Position numbers and translations under genes: made by a program. Shown in pieces: positions 16,981 through 25,919 of a stretch of 64,000 nucleotides of DNA. The stretch's first letter is position 1. The number at the start of each line of letters is the position of its first letter. Where the stretch lies: positions 32,001-96,000 of the forward strand of contig JBFWNU010000008.1 of assembly GCA_050250895.1 (NCBI GenBank), given 5' to 3'. A model generated the notes under the pieces. That model ran no database searches, had not been told where the DNA came from, and saw only the letters and a list, made by a program, of their open reading frames with translations. The DNA comes from Vulcanimicrobiota bacterium (GTDB lineage: Bacteria; Vulcanimicrobiota; Xenobia; Xenobiales; JADMJV01).

Positions 16981-18825
16981 ATGAACTGTTCTATCTGTCG
17001 CACCCCGGCTGCCCCTGACGAACTCGAAGCTGGTCTGTGCAGCACCTGTCGCGCCACCTACCATTCTATCTTTCAGCAGCGTCCTCCGCTCGAGCCTGGC
17101 CATGGCTTGATGGGCGGAACCCTGGTGGTCGAACAACTCATCGGAGTGGGTGGGTCAGGGTTGATCTACCAATCTCGTGAGCAGTCCTCGGGAGCGCGGG
17201 TAGCGGTCAAAGAGATCTTTCCCACCGGTTGTGCTCGCCAGGGCTACCAGGTGGTGGCGCCCGGTCGCGAAGCGCAGACGGCACTGTCCGAGTGCACCGA
17301 TCACGCTCGCAACGAGGCCAACGTGCTGTCGGTCTTCGACCACCCGGGACTGCTCAAGATTCATGCCACCTTCGAAGAGAACTCGACGGTCTATACGGTG
17401 ATGGAGTTGCTCGAAGGTCAAGATGTCCGCCAGCGGTCAAGTCAGGGCCTGCAGGTCGAGGAGTTGCTCGACTGGGTGGGGCAGGTCTGTGACGCGCTCG
17501 AGACTCTGCATCAGCGCGGAGTCATTCACGGTGATATCAAGCCAGACAACCTTTACGTAACCGACGAAGGCCGATGTGTGTTGCTCGATTTCGGAGCGGC
17601 CATTTACTACAAGGCCGGCCGGGCCGAGACGCGCGAGATGACGGCCGGTTACGCGGCCCCCGAGCAGTTGCCTCGCAGCCGCCACCGCGAGGGCCCCTGG
17701 ACCGACCTCTATTCGCTTTGCGCAACCCTATACCACTTATTGTCAGGTCGTCTGCCCGCCGCTGAGGCTTCGGTGCGCAAGAAAGAGAAGCTGGTCGAAC
17801 TGCACAAGGTTCAAGCCCAGGTGCCCGAGCAGGTGAGTGCTGCCATTTTGGGTGGACTTGAACTCGAGCCCGACCGCCGCCCCGGCAGCCTCGAGATTTT
17901 CACGGCTTTGATCGGCGCGCCTACGTCACGTTTCGCCGAGCTCGAAAAGCTGACCATGGAATGGCAGTTTGATGGACGATTGCGCCCCATTCGAGCCGTC
18001 GACGCCTCCGCCGACGGTCAGGTCCTGGCCGCCGGAGGCCAGAGCGGAACCACTTTTCTGTCCCCCGTCAACGGCAAACAAGACCCGCTCAAGCTGCGGC
18101 TGGCCGGGCAGTTGAGCGGGCTTGCTCTCAATCACCGAGGCGACCGTATCGTGGCCGGCTCGGATCTGGGCAAAGTGAAGCTGTTTAGCGCCAAGGGTGA
18201 CGAGCTGGCTTGTCTGCTCGAAGAGCGACGCATCGGCAGCGTGGCCTTCGCGCCCAACAACATGCTGTTGGCGGCCGGGCTGTTCGAAGGGCAGATCCTG
18301 GTCTGGAACAACACAGGGGCGGTCGCCCACACTCTCGAGGGACACGACAACATGGTCCGCTGCCTGGCCTTTTCGCCCGATTGCAAACAGCTGGCCAGCG
18401 GCTCTCACGACGGCACCGCCCGGCTGTGGGATGTCACTTCTGGCCAGGAGCTGTGCCGCTTTGACGAGCACGATCAGGTGGTGTATGCTCTGCGGTTTTC
18501 GCCCAATGGCCGGCTGGTGGCCACCGGTTCGGCCGACAGCGTGGTCAGGGTTTGGGTTACTTCGGAGGGCACCCAAACTCGGACCTTGCGCGGAGAGGGC
18601 GAAGTGGTGCGAGGGCTGGCCTTTTCCCCCGACGGACAATGGATAGCCGTGGCCTGTCAGACAGGCCATCTCGAGATCTACTCGCTGGCCAGCGGCCGCC
18701 GTCGCGCCCTGATCGCCAAGGACAAACAACTGGTCGGGGTGGTCTGGACCCCCCAGGGCCTGGTCAGTGTCAGCGAGGATGGTCGTCTCAGGGGTTGGAA
18801 AACAGACCCCTTCACGGGCCTTTAA
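16981..18825 (+). CDS. Ser/Thr protein kinase with N-terminal zinc ribbon and C-terminal WD40 propeller
   Basis: CxxC..CxxC; GVGGSG; VAVKE; HGDIKPDN; DFG; APE; GH..LAFSPD..LWD repeats. Confidence 0.92.
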   Translation: MNCSICRTPAAPDELEAGLCSTCRATYHSIFQQRPPLEPGHGLMGGTLVVEQLIGVGGSGLIYQSREQSSGARVAVKEIFPTGCARQGYQVVAPGREAQTALSECTDHARNEANVLSVFDHPGLLKIHATFEENSTVYTVMELLEGQDVRQRSSQGLQVEELLDWVGQVCDALETLHQRGVIHGDIKPDNLYVTDEGRCVLLDFGAAIYYKAGRAETREMTAGYAAPEQLPRSRHREGPWTDLYSLCATLYHLLSGRLPAAEASVRKKEKLVELHKVQAQVPEQVSAAILGGLELEPDRRPGSLEIFTALIGAPTSRFAELEKLTMEWQFDGRLRPIRAVDASADGQVLAAGGQSGTTFLSPVNGKQDPLKLRLAGQLSGLALNHRGDRIVAGSDLGKVKLFSAKGDELACLLEERRIGSVAFAPNNMLLAAGLFEGQILVWNNTGAVAHTLEGHDNMVRCLAFSPDCKQLASGSHDGTARLWDVTSGQELCRFDEHDQVVYALRFSPNGRLVATGSADSVVRVWVTSEGTQTRTLRGEGEVVRGLAFSPDGQWIAVACQTGHLEIYSLASGRRRALIAKDKQLVGVVWTPQGLVSVSEDGRLRGWKTDPFTGL

Positions 18826-18874
18826 CAGCAAGAATCTCGCTGCCGACCGAGAATAGGGGGACGACGGGGGAGCC

Positions 18875-19453
18875 GTGCCGGTGGATATTCACAAAGCCAA
18901 AGACATTACCAAACTGGTAAAGACGGCCGTTCGCACCATGGTGAACGATGTCAAAGCCGAACGCGCCATGGTGGTGCTGTTGTCTCCCTCGCAACGCCGC
19001 CCCACCCCGGCCGGTCAGTTCGGCTTCGCCGGGGACGACATCTGGAACGACGCCAGTATCAACCAGCGGGTGCTCAAGCAGGTCATGCAGCAGCCCAAGA
19101 CGGTCTTCGTGCTAGACTCGCACAACGACTCCCAGTTTCGCTCCACCTCAGCCCACCGAGCCGTGCTGTGTGTGCCTTTAGGTGATGTCGGTTTTCTCTA
19201 CTGCGATCACTCCAATCCCGGTGGCCTTGACCACTCTTCGCGTCGCACCGTCGAAGAACTGGCCAACGGCTTCGTCCGCCGCCACAATGAACTGACCGAG
19301 CCTCAGGCTACCGCTCTGATTGAAGACGAAGGTCCGGTGGGCTTCAAGACCCTGGTCGACGAACCGGCCTTGCGTTCAAACATGGGCATGCTGCTCCTGA
19401 TGGTCATCATCGTCATCGCCACCCTGGTCGCCGTCATCTACTTCAGCGGCTGA
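18875..19453 (+). CDS. GAF-like domain protein with C-terminal TM anchor
   Basis: RAVLCVPLG..GFLYCD GAF-like strands; C-terminal hydrophobic helix; GGGGAG RBS. Confidence 0.65.
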   Translation: MPVDIHKAKDITKLVKTAVRTMVNDVKAERAMVVLLSPSQRRPTPAGQFGFAGDDIWNDASINQRVLKQVMQQPKTVFVLDSHNDSQFRSTSAHRAVLCVPLGDVGFLYCDHSNPGGLDHSSRRTVEELANGFVRRHNELTEPQATALIEDEGPVGFKTLVDEPALRSNMGMLLLMVIIVIATLVAVIYFSG

Positions 19454-20446
19454 TTCCGGTTGGGGCGGGGGCGCTCATTGTGAAAACCGCCGAGACGCAA
19501 AGGCGCCGAGGGGCCGGCATTCTCTTCACGTTGATCTCTCGAATGGGAGAACGCCAAGTTATGCGGTGGGCGCGGAGGTCGGGCACTTGTGGGAGCTACA
19601 CGACGCCGCGACTTCCAGCTGGAAGTGCTCGGCAATCGCCGCAGGCACCTCCCCATATGCGACCGTTCCCGAGCCGAGCCGCAAGCAGGCACAGCCGGCA
19701 GCAACGCTGTAACGACCAGCCTGGCGCCCTGAGCGGGGATAGGGGATGGACGTGTGCGCCTGCTGGATCGAGCAGCCCCCTTTCGATGTGGCAAAACGCT
19801 AACCCATAAAATTCAGTGGGACGCCCCACTGCGCCACGCGGTAAGCGGTGTCTGGAGAGCGTTGGCCGCCGGGATGTTGGGTCGGCGTGGCGATTTGTGC
19901 GCCGTACAGTGACGATTTGTGAGTGTACGGCCCAAGTGTGCGCCGCACAGTGGTCCTGGTGGTGTGTGCGGCGCACACCGGGCTGGTCCGCCACTAGTTG
20001 CCAGATCGCCCCTCGCTGGGGCGGACCTGTGACCCGCCCCGACCGCGGCTCGCCGCCGGTCTTCCTCACGGAAGTAGCGTCTTCCAGCTGGAAGTGGCCC
20101 GGCCAGGCGAGTACGGCACCACCAGGTGCCGAATTTGGCGCTACCCAGCGCCGTATTCACCACGCGGACCTGTGCTCCGATCCAGCCGTCTTTACTTCAG
20201 CGGTTGATTCCGGCTGGGGCGGGGGCTCGGTTGTGAAAACCAGACGCAAGACCGGCATTCACGGTGATCGCTCGGATGGGAGAGCCGCGAAGACACACGG
20301 TGGCGCGCAGGTCGCGGGACTTGTGGGACCTACACGACGCCGTAACGAACGGCCTGGCGCCTGAGCGGGGATAGGGGGATGGACGTGTGCGCCTGCTGGA
20401 TCGGGCAGCCCCCTTTCGATGTGGCAAAACGCTAACCCATAAATTC
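19430..20446 (+). repeat. Imperfect direct duplication (about 19430-19814 and 20185-20446) carrying palindromic modules
   Basis: Shared tacttcagcgg-tgattccgg-tggggcgggggc start and a near-identical cctggcgcc...gatggacgtgtgcgcctgctggatcg...gtggcaaaacgctaacccataaa block. Confidence 0.9.
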
Positions 20447-20653
20447 GGCAGGACGCTCTCCCCACGCCCCGCACGACCTTCTCCGTGTCCTCCTGATCTC
20501 CGCGGTTCATTTCTCTGGCGCCCACTGGCGCTACGCCGACCTGTGCTCCGACCACAGACACGCCCTCGACCGCCAGGAGGCGCACTTCGGAGGCAGACAA
20601 GCGACGGGCTGCCCAGCACCGCTTACTCCGTGTCAATGAGATGAGGCGTCGCT

Positions 20654-20956
20654 CTATCCTTCGACGCTGACCAGCAACCCATAGATCGACGAGGCTCCGA
20701 TCCAGCCGTTGGTGCCGCCGACGTTGTTGCCGATGAGAAATTGGCCGTGGCGTCGGGCCTGGATGAGATGGAGGAACTGGCTCCGGCCCACCTTGCAAAG
20801 GACGATGTCACCCTTACGAAGTTGAGCCGGGTCAACCGGGGCCACGGTCACCAGATCGCCTGACTCGATGCGACCTTTCATGGAGTGTCCTCGAGGTCGA
20901 AAGGAAACCGTTTCGCCACGCTGGAGAGCTGCAATGTAGGAGTTGGCCCATCCCAT
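20654..20956 (-). CDS. Small S24/S26 peptidase-like protein
   Basis: RGHSMKGRI..GDLVTV..GDIVLC..LHLI; 100 aa; no TM. Confidence 0.7.
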   Translation of the reverse strand: MGWANSYIAALQRGETVSFRPRGHSMKGRIESGDLVTVAPVDPAQLRKGDIVLCKVGRSQFLHLIQARRHGQFLIGNNVGGTNGWIGASSIYGLLVSVEG

Positions 20957-21067
20957 AGACACAAATATTGGAAGATTCGCCCCAATATTCCTCCCTTCGC
21001 CCCCCACCCCTCAGCCGCGAACATCCCACTCCAGCCACGGCCACCAATCCCAAAAAAGGAGCGAGCT

Positions 21068-21386
21068 GGTTCACCCTGAGAATCGCGGTGTGAAGGTCGG
21101 TTTCGGGGGTTCACCCCAAGAAATCGCGGGCTTGGCCGGGCGGCGGCCGGGCTAGGTGGTGGACGGCCGGGTTGACCGTCCGGCTGGTGGGCGGGGGCGG
21201 GGGTTCACCCCGAGAATCGCGGTGTGAAGGTCGGTTTTCGGGGGTTCACCCCGAGAAATCGCGGGGTGAAGGTCGGTTTCGGGGGTTCACCCCGAGAGTC
21301 GCGGTGTGAAGGTCGGTTTCGGGGGTTCACCCCGAGAATCGCGGTGTGAAGGTCGGTTTCGGGGGTTCACCCCGAGAAATCGCGGG
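21068..21386 (+). repeat. About 40-bp tandem palindromic repeat
   Basis: Unit gggggttcaccccgagaatcgcggtgtgaaggtcggtttc; about 1.5 copies at 21068 and 4.5 copies at 21199-21386; no spacers. Confidence 0.95.
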
Positions 21387-21423
21387 TTGGCCGGGCGGCG
21401 GCCGGGCTAGTGGTGGACGGCTC

Positions 21424-21822
21424 CCACGTCCCCGATTCACCCCCCGCTCCGCGCCCTCCGTTGCTCTCCGCGTTTAAAACCGATGAACCGCCCCGTCCCA
21501 GAGCCTCTAACCCTCCACCTTCAGCCGCGAACATCCCACTCCAGCCACGGCCACCAACCCCCAAAAAGCACGTCCCCGATTCACCCCCTCTCCGCGCCCT
21601 CTGTGGATCTCCGCGTTGAAAACCGATGAACCACCCCCGTCCCAGAGCCTCTAACCTCCACCCCGCAGCCGTGAACATCGCACTCCAGCCACGGCCACCA
21701 ACCCCAAAAACAGAGCGAGCGCCCACGTCCCCGATTCACCCCCCTCTCCGCGTCCTCCGTGATCTCCGTGGATCTCCGCGTTGAAAACCGATGAACCGCC
21801 CCCGTCCCAGAGCCTCTAACCC
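21424..21822 (+). repeat. About 145-155-bp tandem repeat, three copies (last partial), with a part copy near 21004-21067
   Basis: cacgtccccgattcacccc...ctccgcgtt(t/g)aaaaccgatgaacc...cccagagcctctaacc recurs near 21425, 21569 and 21724. Confidence 0.92.
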
Positions 21823-21833
21823 TGGGCGCCCAC

Positions 21834-22406
21834 CTAAAGCATGGGCTCGGTGATCTGGATGGTCGAGATGTGATCCTCTTCGACCAAGAAATGAATCCCG
21901 ACCGCCCAATAGTGCAGGTTGTAGTGCTTCTCGTCCCCCTCGTATTCGTAGTGCTCCGAGAAGGTGCGCATCACCGCATCCACGTCGCTGCCGACCCCGA
22001 TCCCGGAGCGGGTCTTGAACTGAGGGTTCTTGACCAAAATGCTGACGATATGCCCGCCTCTGGTCGACAACGAGATTCCGGCTTCAGGATAGACGTGCAG
22101 TTGAGCGTCGTGGGCCGGGCGAATGATGCTTTTGCCGAGCTTGTTTTCCAGTTCGCTGACGGCCAACCCTAGCATGATGAAACCGACTCGCTGGCCGGGA
22201 ACGATGAGCAGATCCTCGGGGCCGGCAGTTACAGGGGGGCCAGGCTCGAGCCTCGGGCGGCTGACCACCTCGGCTCCCACCGCCAGCAGCAACAACAGCA
22301 GGGAGGCGAGCAAGAGCAGACGGACCATCCAGGAAACGTGAGTGGGGGCGGTATCTGGCCCCTCCTCATCGTCCTGGGGTTGGTGTACTAATGCCTCGGA
22401 CGCCAC
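21834..22406 (-). CDS. Single-TM hypothetical protein with extracytoplasmic domain
   Basis: TM LLLLASLLLLLLAVG; LIVPGQRVG..LG and KTRSGIGVGS half-repeats. Confidence 0.7.
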   Translation of the reverse strand: MASEALVHQPQDDEEGPDTAPTHVSWMVRLLLLASLLLLLLAVGAEVVSRPRLEPGPPVTAGPEDLLIVPGQRVGFIMLGLAVSELENKLGKSIIRPAHDAQLHVYPEAGISLSTRGGHIVSILVKNPQFKTRSGIGVGSDVDAVMRTFSEHYEYEGDEKHYNLHYWAVGIHFLVEEDHISTIQITEPML

Positions 22407-22563
22407 CCTACTAGTCTTCGAGTCCTCGGTTACCCTCCCTTTTTACGCCTTTCTCGTGGCCAGTTCGAGGGAGCGGTGGCAAGGTGGTCCAACGCACGCG
22501 ACTCCTTGTTCCGCTCCCTCCGGACGGGCTGGCGCGGCACGCATCCCACCTACCCGTTGAGGA

Positions 22564-22592
22564 TTGACAGGGTAGGGCGACTGTGGTAATAC
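22564..22592 (+). promoter_or_regulatory. Putative sigma70-type promoter
   Basis: Perfect TTGACA (22564), 17 nt, then an imperfect -10 TAATAC preceded by TG; upstream of the small ORF and tRNA. Confidence 0.45.
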
Positions 22593-22622
22593 TGTGGGTG
22601 TCCTGAAGGAAGGGCTGCTATT

Positions 22623-22829
22623 TTGGAACTTATCCTGATATGGCTGACCCTCGGACTGGGCGTCCTGATGACCTGCGGGCTCGACGAGACCATCGCAGCC
22701 GTCTCGATGGATGTCGACGCCGAGGCGTCGGAAGCGTCGAAGACCTTGTATGGAACTGTCTGTCTGATGTTGATGGTTTTGACCTGGCCGATAGTCCTTC
22801 TCGAGATGGTTCGCACAGGACAAAAATAA
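22623..22829 (+). CDS. Small two-TM membrane protein
   Basis: 68 aa; AAGGAAGG RBS; two hydrophobic helices; ends 8 nt before the tRNA. Confidence 0.5.
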   Translation: MELILIWLTLGLGVLMTCGLDETIAAVSMDVDAEASEASKTLYGTVCLMLMVLTWPIVLLEMVRTGQK

Positions 22830-22837
22830 GCAAAAAT

Positions 22838-22913
22838 GTGCCCGTAGCTCAATGGATAGAGCGTCTGGCTACGGACCAGAAGGTTGGGGGTTCGAGTCCC
22901 TCCGGGCACGCCA
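22838..22913 (+). tRNA. tRNA-Arg, anticodon ACG
   Basis: Acceptor GTGCCCG/CGGGCAC; D arm GCTC/GAGC; anticodon arm TCTGG-CTACGGA-CCAGA; TTCGAGT T loop; encoded CCA. Confidence 0.97.
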
Positions 22914-24002
22914 ATCGCGGGCAGCATAGCCCACGAGTTCGACGTAGCCCACTCCCTCAACACCGGAGTGGGCTTCTTTGATTTTGACCGCCCCCTCCCA
23001 GTAGCGAACCGAGACTTGCAGCTCTTGATTGGCCAGCGCCGGCTCGATGCGATAGAGCTTTCCCTTCGAGGGAATCGCCAGTTCCCAACCGGCGGGGTAC
23101 TCGACGCCGCTGGACGGGCTGGTCCAGCTGCCCGTCGCTCGGAGCGAGAAGTCTTTGGCTCGCAGCGGCTCACCGGCAAAGGTGCCAGCGTTGAAGTCGT
23201 CCCACGTTCCGTCCTGGCGGCGCAGGCGAAACGCCATGATGTCGGTCCCGTCCTCCATCTGTAGCGAGAACCAGTCCCACCCCTCGAGATGATCGGCCAG
23301 GGTGTGGCTGCTCCATTCGTGGTCCATCCAACTGTTGCCACTCACTTCGAAGACCTCTCCGTCGACGGTGAGGTGACCTCGGGTCGGCAGGCGGGTCAGG
23401 GAGTAGTAGTAGGAGGCCACTCCTGTCTCGGCGGCCTTGCGCGAGAAGCCGCGGTCGCCCTGCAGGGTTGGCTCGACCGCGAGCAGGTCGAGTTCTAGCC
23501 CGTCAGCCTGTAAATGAAAGCCCCGTGGGTCGCGTAGGCAGCTCCAGGGGCCGCACCACACTTTGGTTTCATTGGCCCCGGCCAGACCCAGGCTAGCCCG
23601 AGACGTGCGTTCTCGAGAGTGAAACTGACCGCCGTCGATGTCCGAGATGGCCAGGTGAGCGAGATAGACCTGAGAAGCGCTCCAGGCTGAATTGGCCGCC
23701 GGTTCGGGCAACTCGGCAGCCGAGCGAAAGAAGGTCAGTTGATAACCGAACCGGCTTCCCTGGCTCTGGAGGTTGCCGGTGAAATACCACCATTCGGTTC
23801 GGTAGTCGGGGTGAGGTCCGTGATCGGCCGGAAAGGACATGGGCTTGGGGCCCAGGACCGGGGTGAAGCGGTCGGATTGGCCTCCCAGGGCCTGACGAAG
23901 GTCGACACTAGCTCGGGGAGGAGGCGGGTCCGGGCGCCAGCTCAAGCTGGCCAACAGCAGGCCGAACAGGACCAGGACCAGGAGCATTGCACGCCCGGTC
24001 AT
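22869..24002 (-). CDS. AttH/CrtC-like lipocalin-fold secreted hydrolase
   Basis: FPADHGPHPDYRTEWWYFTGNL; SYYYS; WMDHEW; GWDWF; YWEG; GYVELVGY. Confidence 0.88.
   Translation of the reverse strand: MTGRAMLLVLVLFGLLLASLSWRPDPPPPRASVDLRQALGGQSDRFTPVLGPKPMSFPADHGPHPDYRTEWWYFTGNLQSQGSRFGYQLTFFRSAAELPEPAANSAWSASQVYLAHLAISDIDGGQFHSRERTSRASLGLAGANETKVWCGPWSCLRDPRGFHLQADGLELDLLAVEPTLQGDRGFSRKAAETGVASYYYSLTRLPTRGHLTVDGEVFEVSGNSWMDHEWSSHTLADHLEGWDWFSLQMEDGTDIMAFRLRRQDGTWDDFNAGTFAGEPLRAKDFSLRATGSWTSPSSGVEYPAGWELAIPSKGKLYRIEPALANQELQVSVRYWEGAVKIKEAHSGVEGVGYVELVGYAARDWRARRDSNPQPSGP
22946..22985 (+). terminator. Putative intrinsic terminator downstream of tRNA-Arg
   Basis: Perfect 10-bp stem AGCCCACTCC/GGAGTGGGCT, 9-nt loop, then TCTTTGATTTT. 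Confidence 0.55.
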
Positions 24003-24652
24003 TCCAGCCGCCCCGCCCGCATCGAGTAGACTCTGTCGGTGCTCTGGCTTGCCTCGCGACTGTGGGTGGCCATTACCATCGTCTGGTTGGATTCGGTGGC
24101 CATTTCGGCCAGCAGTTCCAAGACGGAGGCCCCGGTCTCGGCGTCGAGGTTGCCGGTAGGCTCGTCGGCTAACACCAGGGCCGGTCGATGGACCAGGGCC
24201 CGGGCTACGGCCACCCGCTGTTGCTCGCCCCCCGACAGCTTGTCGGGGTAGCTGTGGCTACGTTCGAGCAATCCGACCCGGTCGAGCAGGGCATCGACTC
24301 GGTCGGGCTCGTCCAGGCCGTTGAGTTCCAGCGGGAGCCGCACGTTTTCGGCCACCGTCAGGGTCGGCAGCAGATTGAAGAACTGGAAGACAAAGCCGAT
24401 CCGACGTCGCCGAAACAGGGTGCGCCCCCGCTCGTCGAGCTGGGCCAGGTCCTGGCCGGCGACCGTCACCTGACCCCGATCGGGCAGATCGATGCCGGCC
24501 AACAGGTTGAGCAGGGTCGACTTGCCCGACCCGCTCTTGCCCACCAGTGCGATGCGCTGGCCGGGAGAAACAGAAAGCGACAGGTCATCGAGGATGACCC
24601 GTCGCCCTTGTGCCTCAGGATAAGACTTGCTAATCCCTACGAGTTCGATCAT
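23999..24652 (-). CDS. LolD/MacB-type ABC transporter ATP-binding protein
   Basis: GKSGSGKST; [15 protein letters not shown]; [10 protein letters not shown]. Confidence 0.93.
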   Translation of the reverse strand: MIELVGISKSYPEAQGRRVILDDLSLSVSPGQRIALVGKSGSGKSTLLNLLAGIDLPDRGQVTVAGQDLAQLDERGRTLFRRRRIGFVFQFFNLLPTLTVAENVRLPLELNGLDEPDRVDALLDRVGLLERSHSYPDKLSGGEQQRVAVARALVHRPALVLADEPTGNLDAETGASVLELLAEMATESNQTMVMATHSREASQSTDRVYSMRAGRLE

Positions 24653-24676
24653 TGCGCGCGCCGCGCGGGACCGAAT

Positions 24677-25744
24677 CTAAGCCAGGGTGACCTCGTCATT
24701 GAGATACACATCCTGGATGGCGTGAAGCAGGGCCACACCGTCCTTCATCGGCTTCTGGAACGCTTTGCGACCAGAAATGAGACCCATTCCGCCGGCCCGC
24801 TTGTTGATCACAGCGGTCTTGACCGCCTGAGCCATGTCGTTTTCACCCGAGGCGCCCCCCGAATTGATCAGACCGGCGCGGCCCATGTAGCAGTTGGCCA
24901 CCTGGTAACGGGTCAGGTCAATGGGGTGATCGGTGCACAGCTGGTCGTACATCTTCTTGTGAGACTTGGCGAACTTGATGGCCGTGAAGCCGCCATTGTT
25001 TTCGGGCTGCTTCTGCTTGATGATGTCGGCCTCGATGGTGACGCCCAGGTGGTTGGCCTGGCCGGTGAGGTCGGCGGCCACGTGGTAGTCGGTGCCGTTG
25101 TGGTTGAACTCAGAGTTGCGAGCGTAGCACCACAGGATGGTGGCCATGCCCAGATCGTGGGCCAGCTTGAAAGCCTGGGCGATCTCGACGATCTGACGGC
25201 GAGACTCGGCCGAGCCGAAATAGATGGTAGCGCCCACGGCCACGGCGCCCATATCCCAGGCTTGCTTGACGGTGCCGAACATGACCTGGTCATAGCTGTT
25301 GGGATAGGTCATCAGCTCATTATGGTTGATCTTGACCACGAACGGGATACGATGCGCATACTTGCGGGCCACGGCGCCGAGCACGCCATAGGTCGAAGCC
25401 ACCGCGTTACAGCCGCCCTCGATGGCCAGTTTGACGATGTTTTCGGGATCGAAGTAGAGCGGGTTGGGCGCGAAGGAAGCGCCGGCGGTGTGCTCGATGC
25501 CCTGGTCGACCGGCAAGATCGAGAGGTAGCCGGTGTTGGCCAGACGGCCATGCCCGAAGAGCTGCTGCAGGCTGCGCAGCACTGGGATGGGGCGATCGGA
25601 CTGGGTCCAGATATTGGCGACGAAGTCCGGTCCGGGGACGTGCAGGTTCGAGGCCGCAATGGTCTCGCACTTGTGCTTGAGAAGATAGTCGGCCTCGTCG
25701 CCGAGCAGGTCGTGGAGGTTGGTTTTTTCAGCCGTGATGCTCAC
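24677..25744 (-). CDS. fbaB: Class I fructose-bisphosphate aldolase
   Basis: [12 protein letters not shown]; VKINHNE; ADIIKQK; [10 protein letters not shown]. Confidence 0.95.
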   Translation of the reverse strand: MSITAEKTNLHDLLGDEADYLLKHKCETIAASNLHVPGPDFVANIWTQSDRPIPVLRSLQQLFGHGRLANTGYLSILPVDQGIEHTAGASFAPNPLYFDPENIVKLAIEGGCNAVASTYGVLGAVARKYAHRIPFVVKINHNELMTYPNSYDQVMFGTVKQAWDMGAVAVGATIYFGSAESRRQIVEIAQAFKLAHDLGMATILWCYARNSEFNHNGTDYHVAADLTGQANHLGVTIEADIIKQKQPENNGGFTAIKFAKSHKKMYDQLCTDHPIDLTRYQVANCYMGRAGLINSGGASGENDMAQAVKTAVINKRAGGMGLISGRKAFQKPMKDGVALLHAIQDVYLNDEVTLA

Positions 25745-25919
25745 TTGAATCCCTTCTTTGCGGTTGTCCCCGCAGGCAAAATTTTCTCCCTAACATTACC
25801 CCTCGAGGTCGAACATCCAAACCCTTTGGGCAATACCTTTTCCTGGCTTGGGAGGTCTGTTGCCTTTAACCTTCGAAGCCGGTGGCCCGGTATAAGCCGA
25901 AATCTTCTGGAGGTTAAGT

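Noticed and set aside
19438-20640. Several 100-180-aa ORFs in the repeat block
   Set aside because: They are translations of repeats on both strands, with no transposase or other motif.
21068-21386. CRISPR array
   Set aside because: Units abut with no unique spacers and there are no cas genes in the window.
22838-22913. tRNA as an integration site for an island or prophage
   Set aside because: No integrase nearby and I found no duplicated tRNA 3' end in the window.
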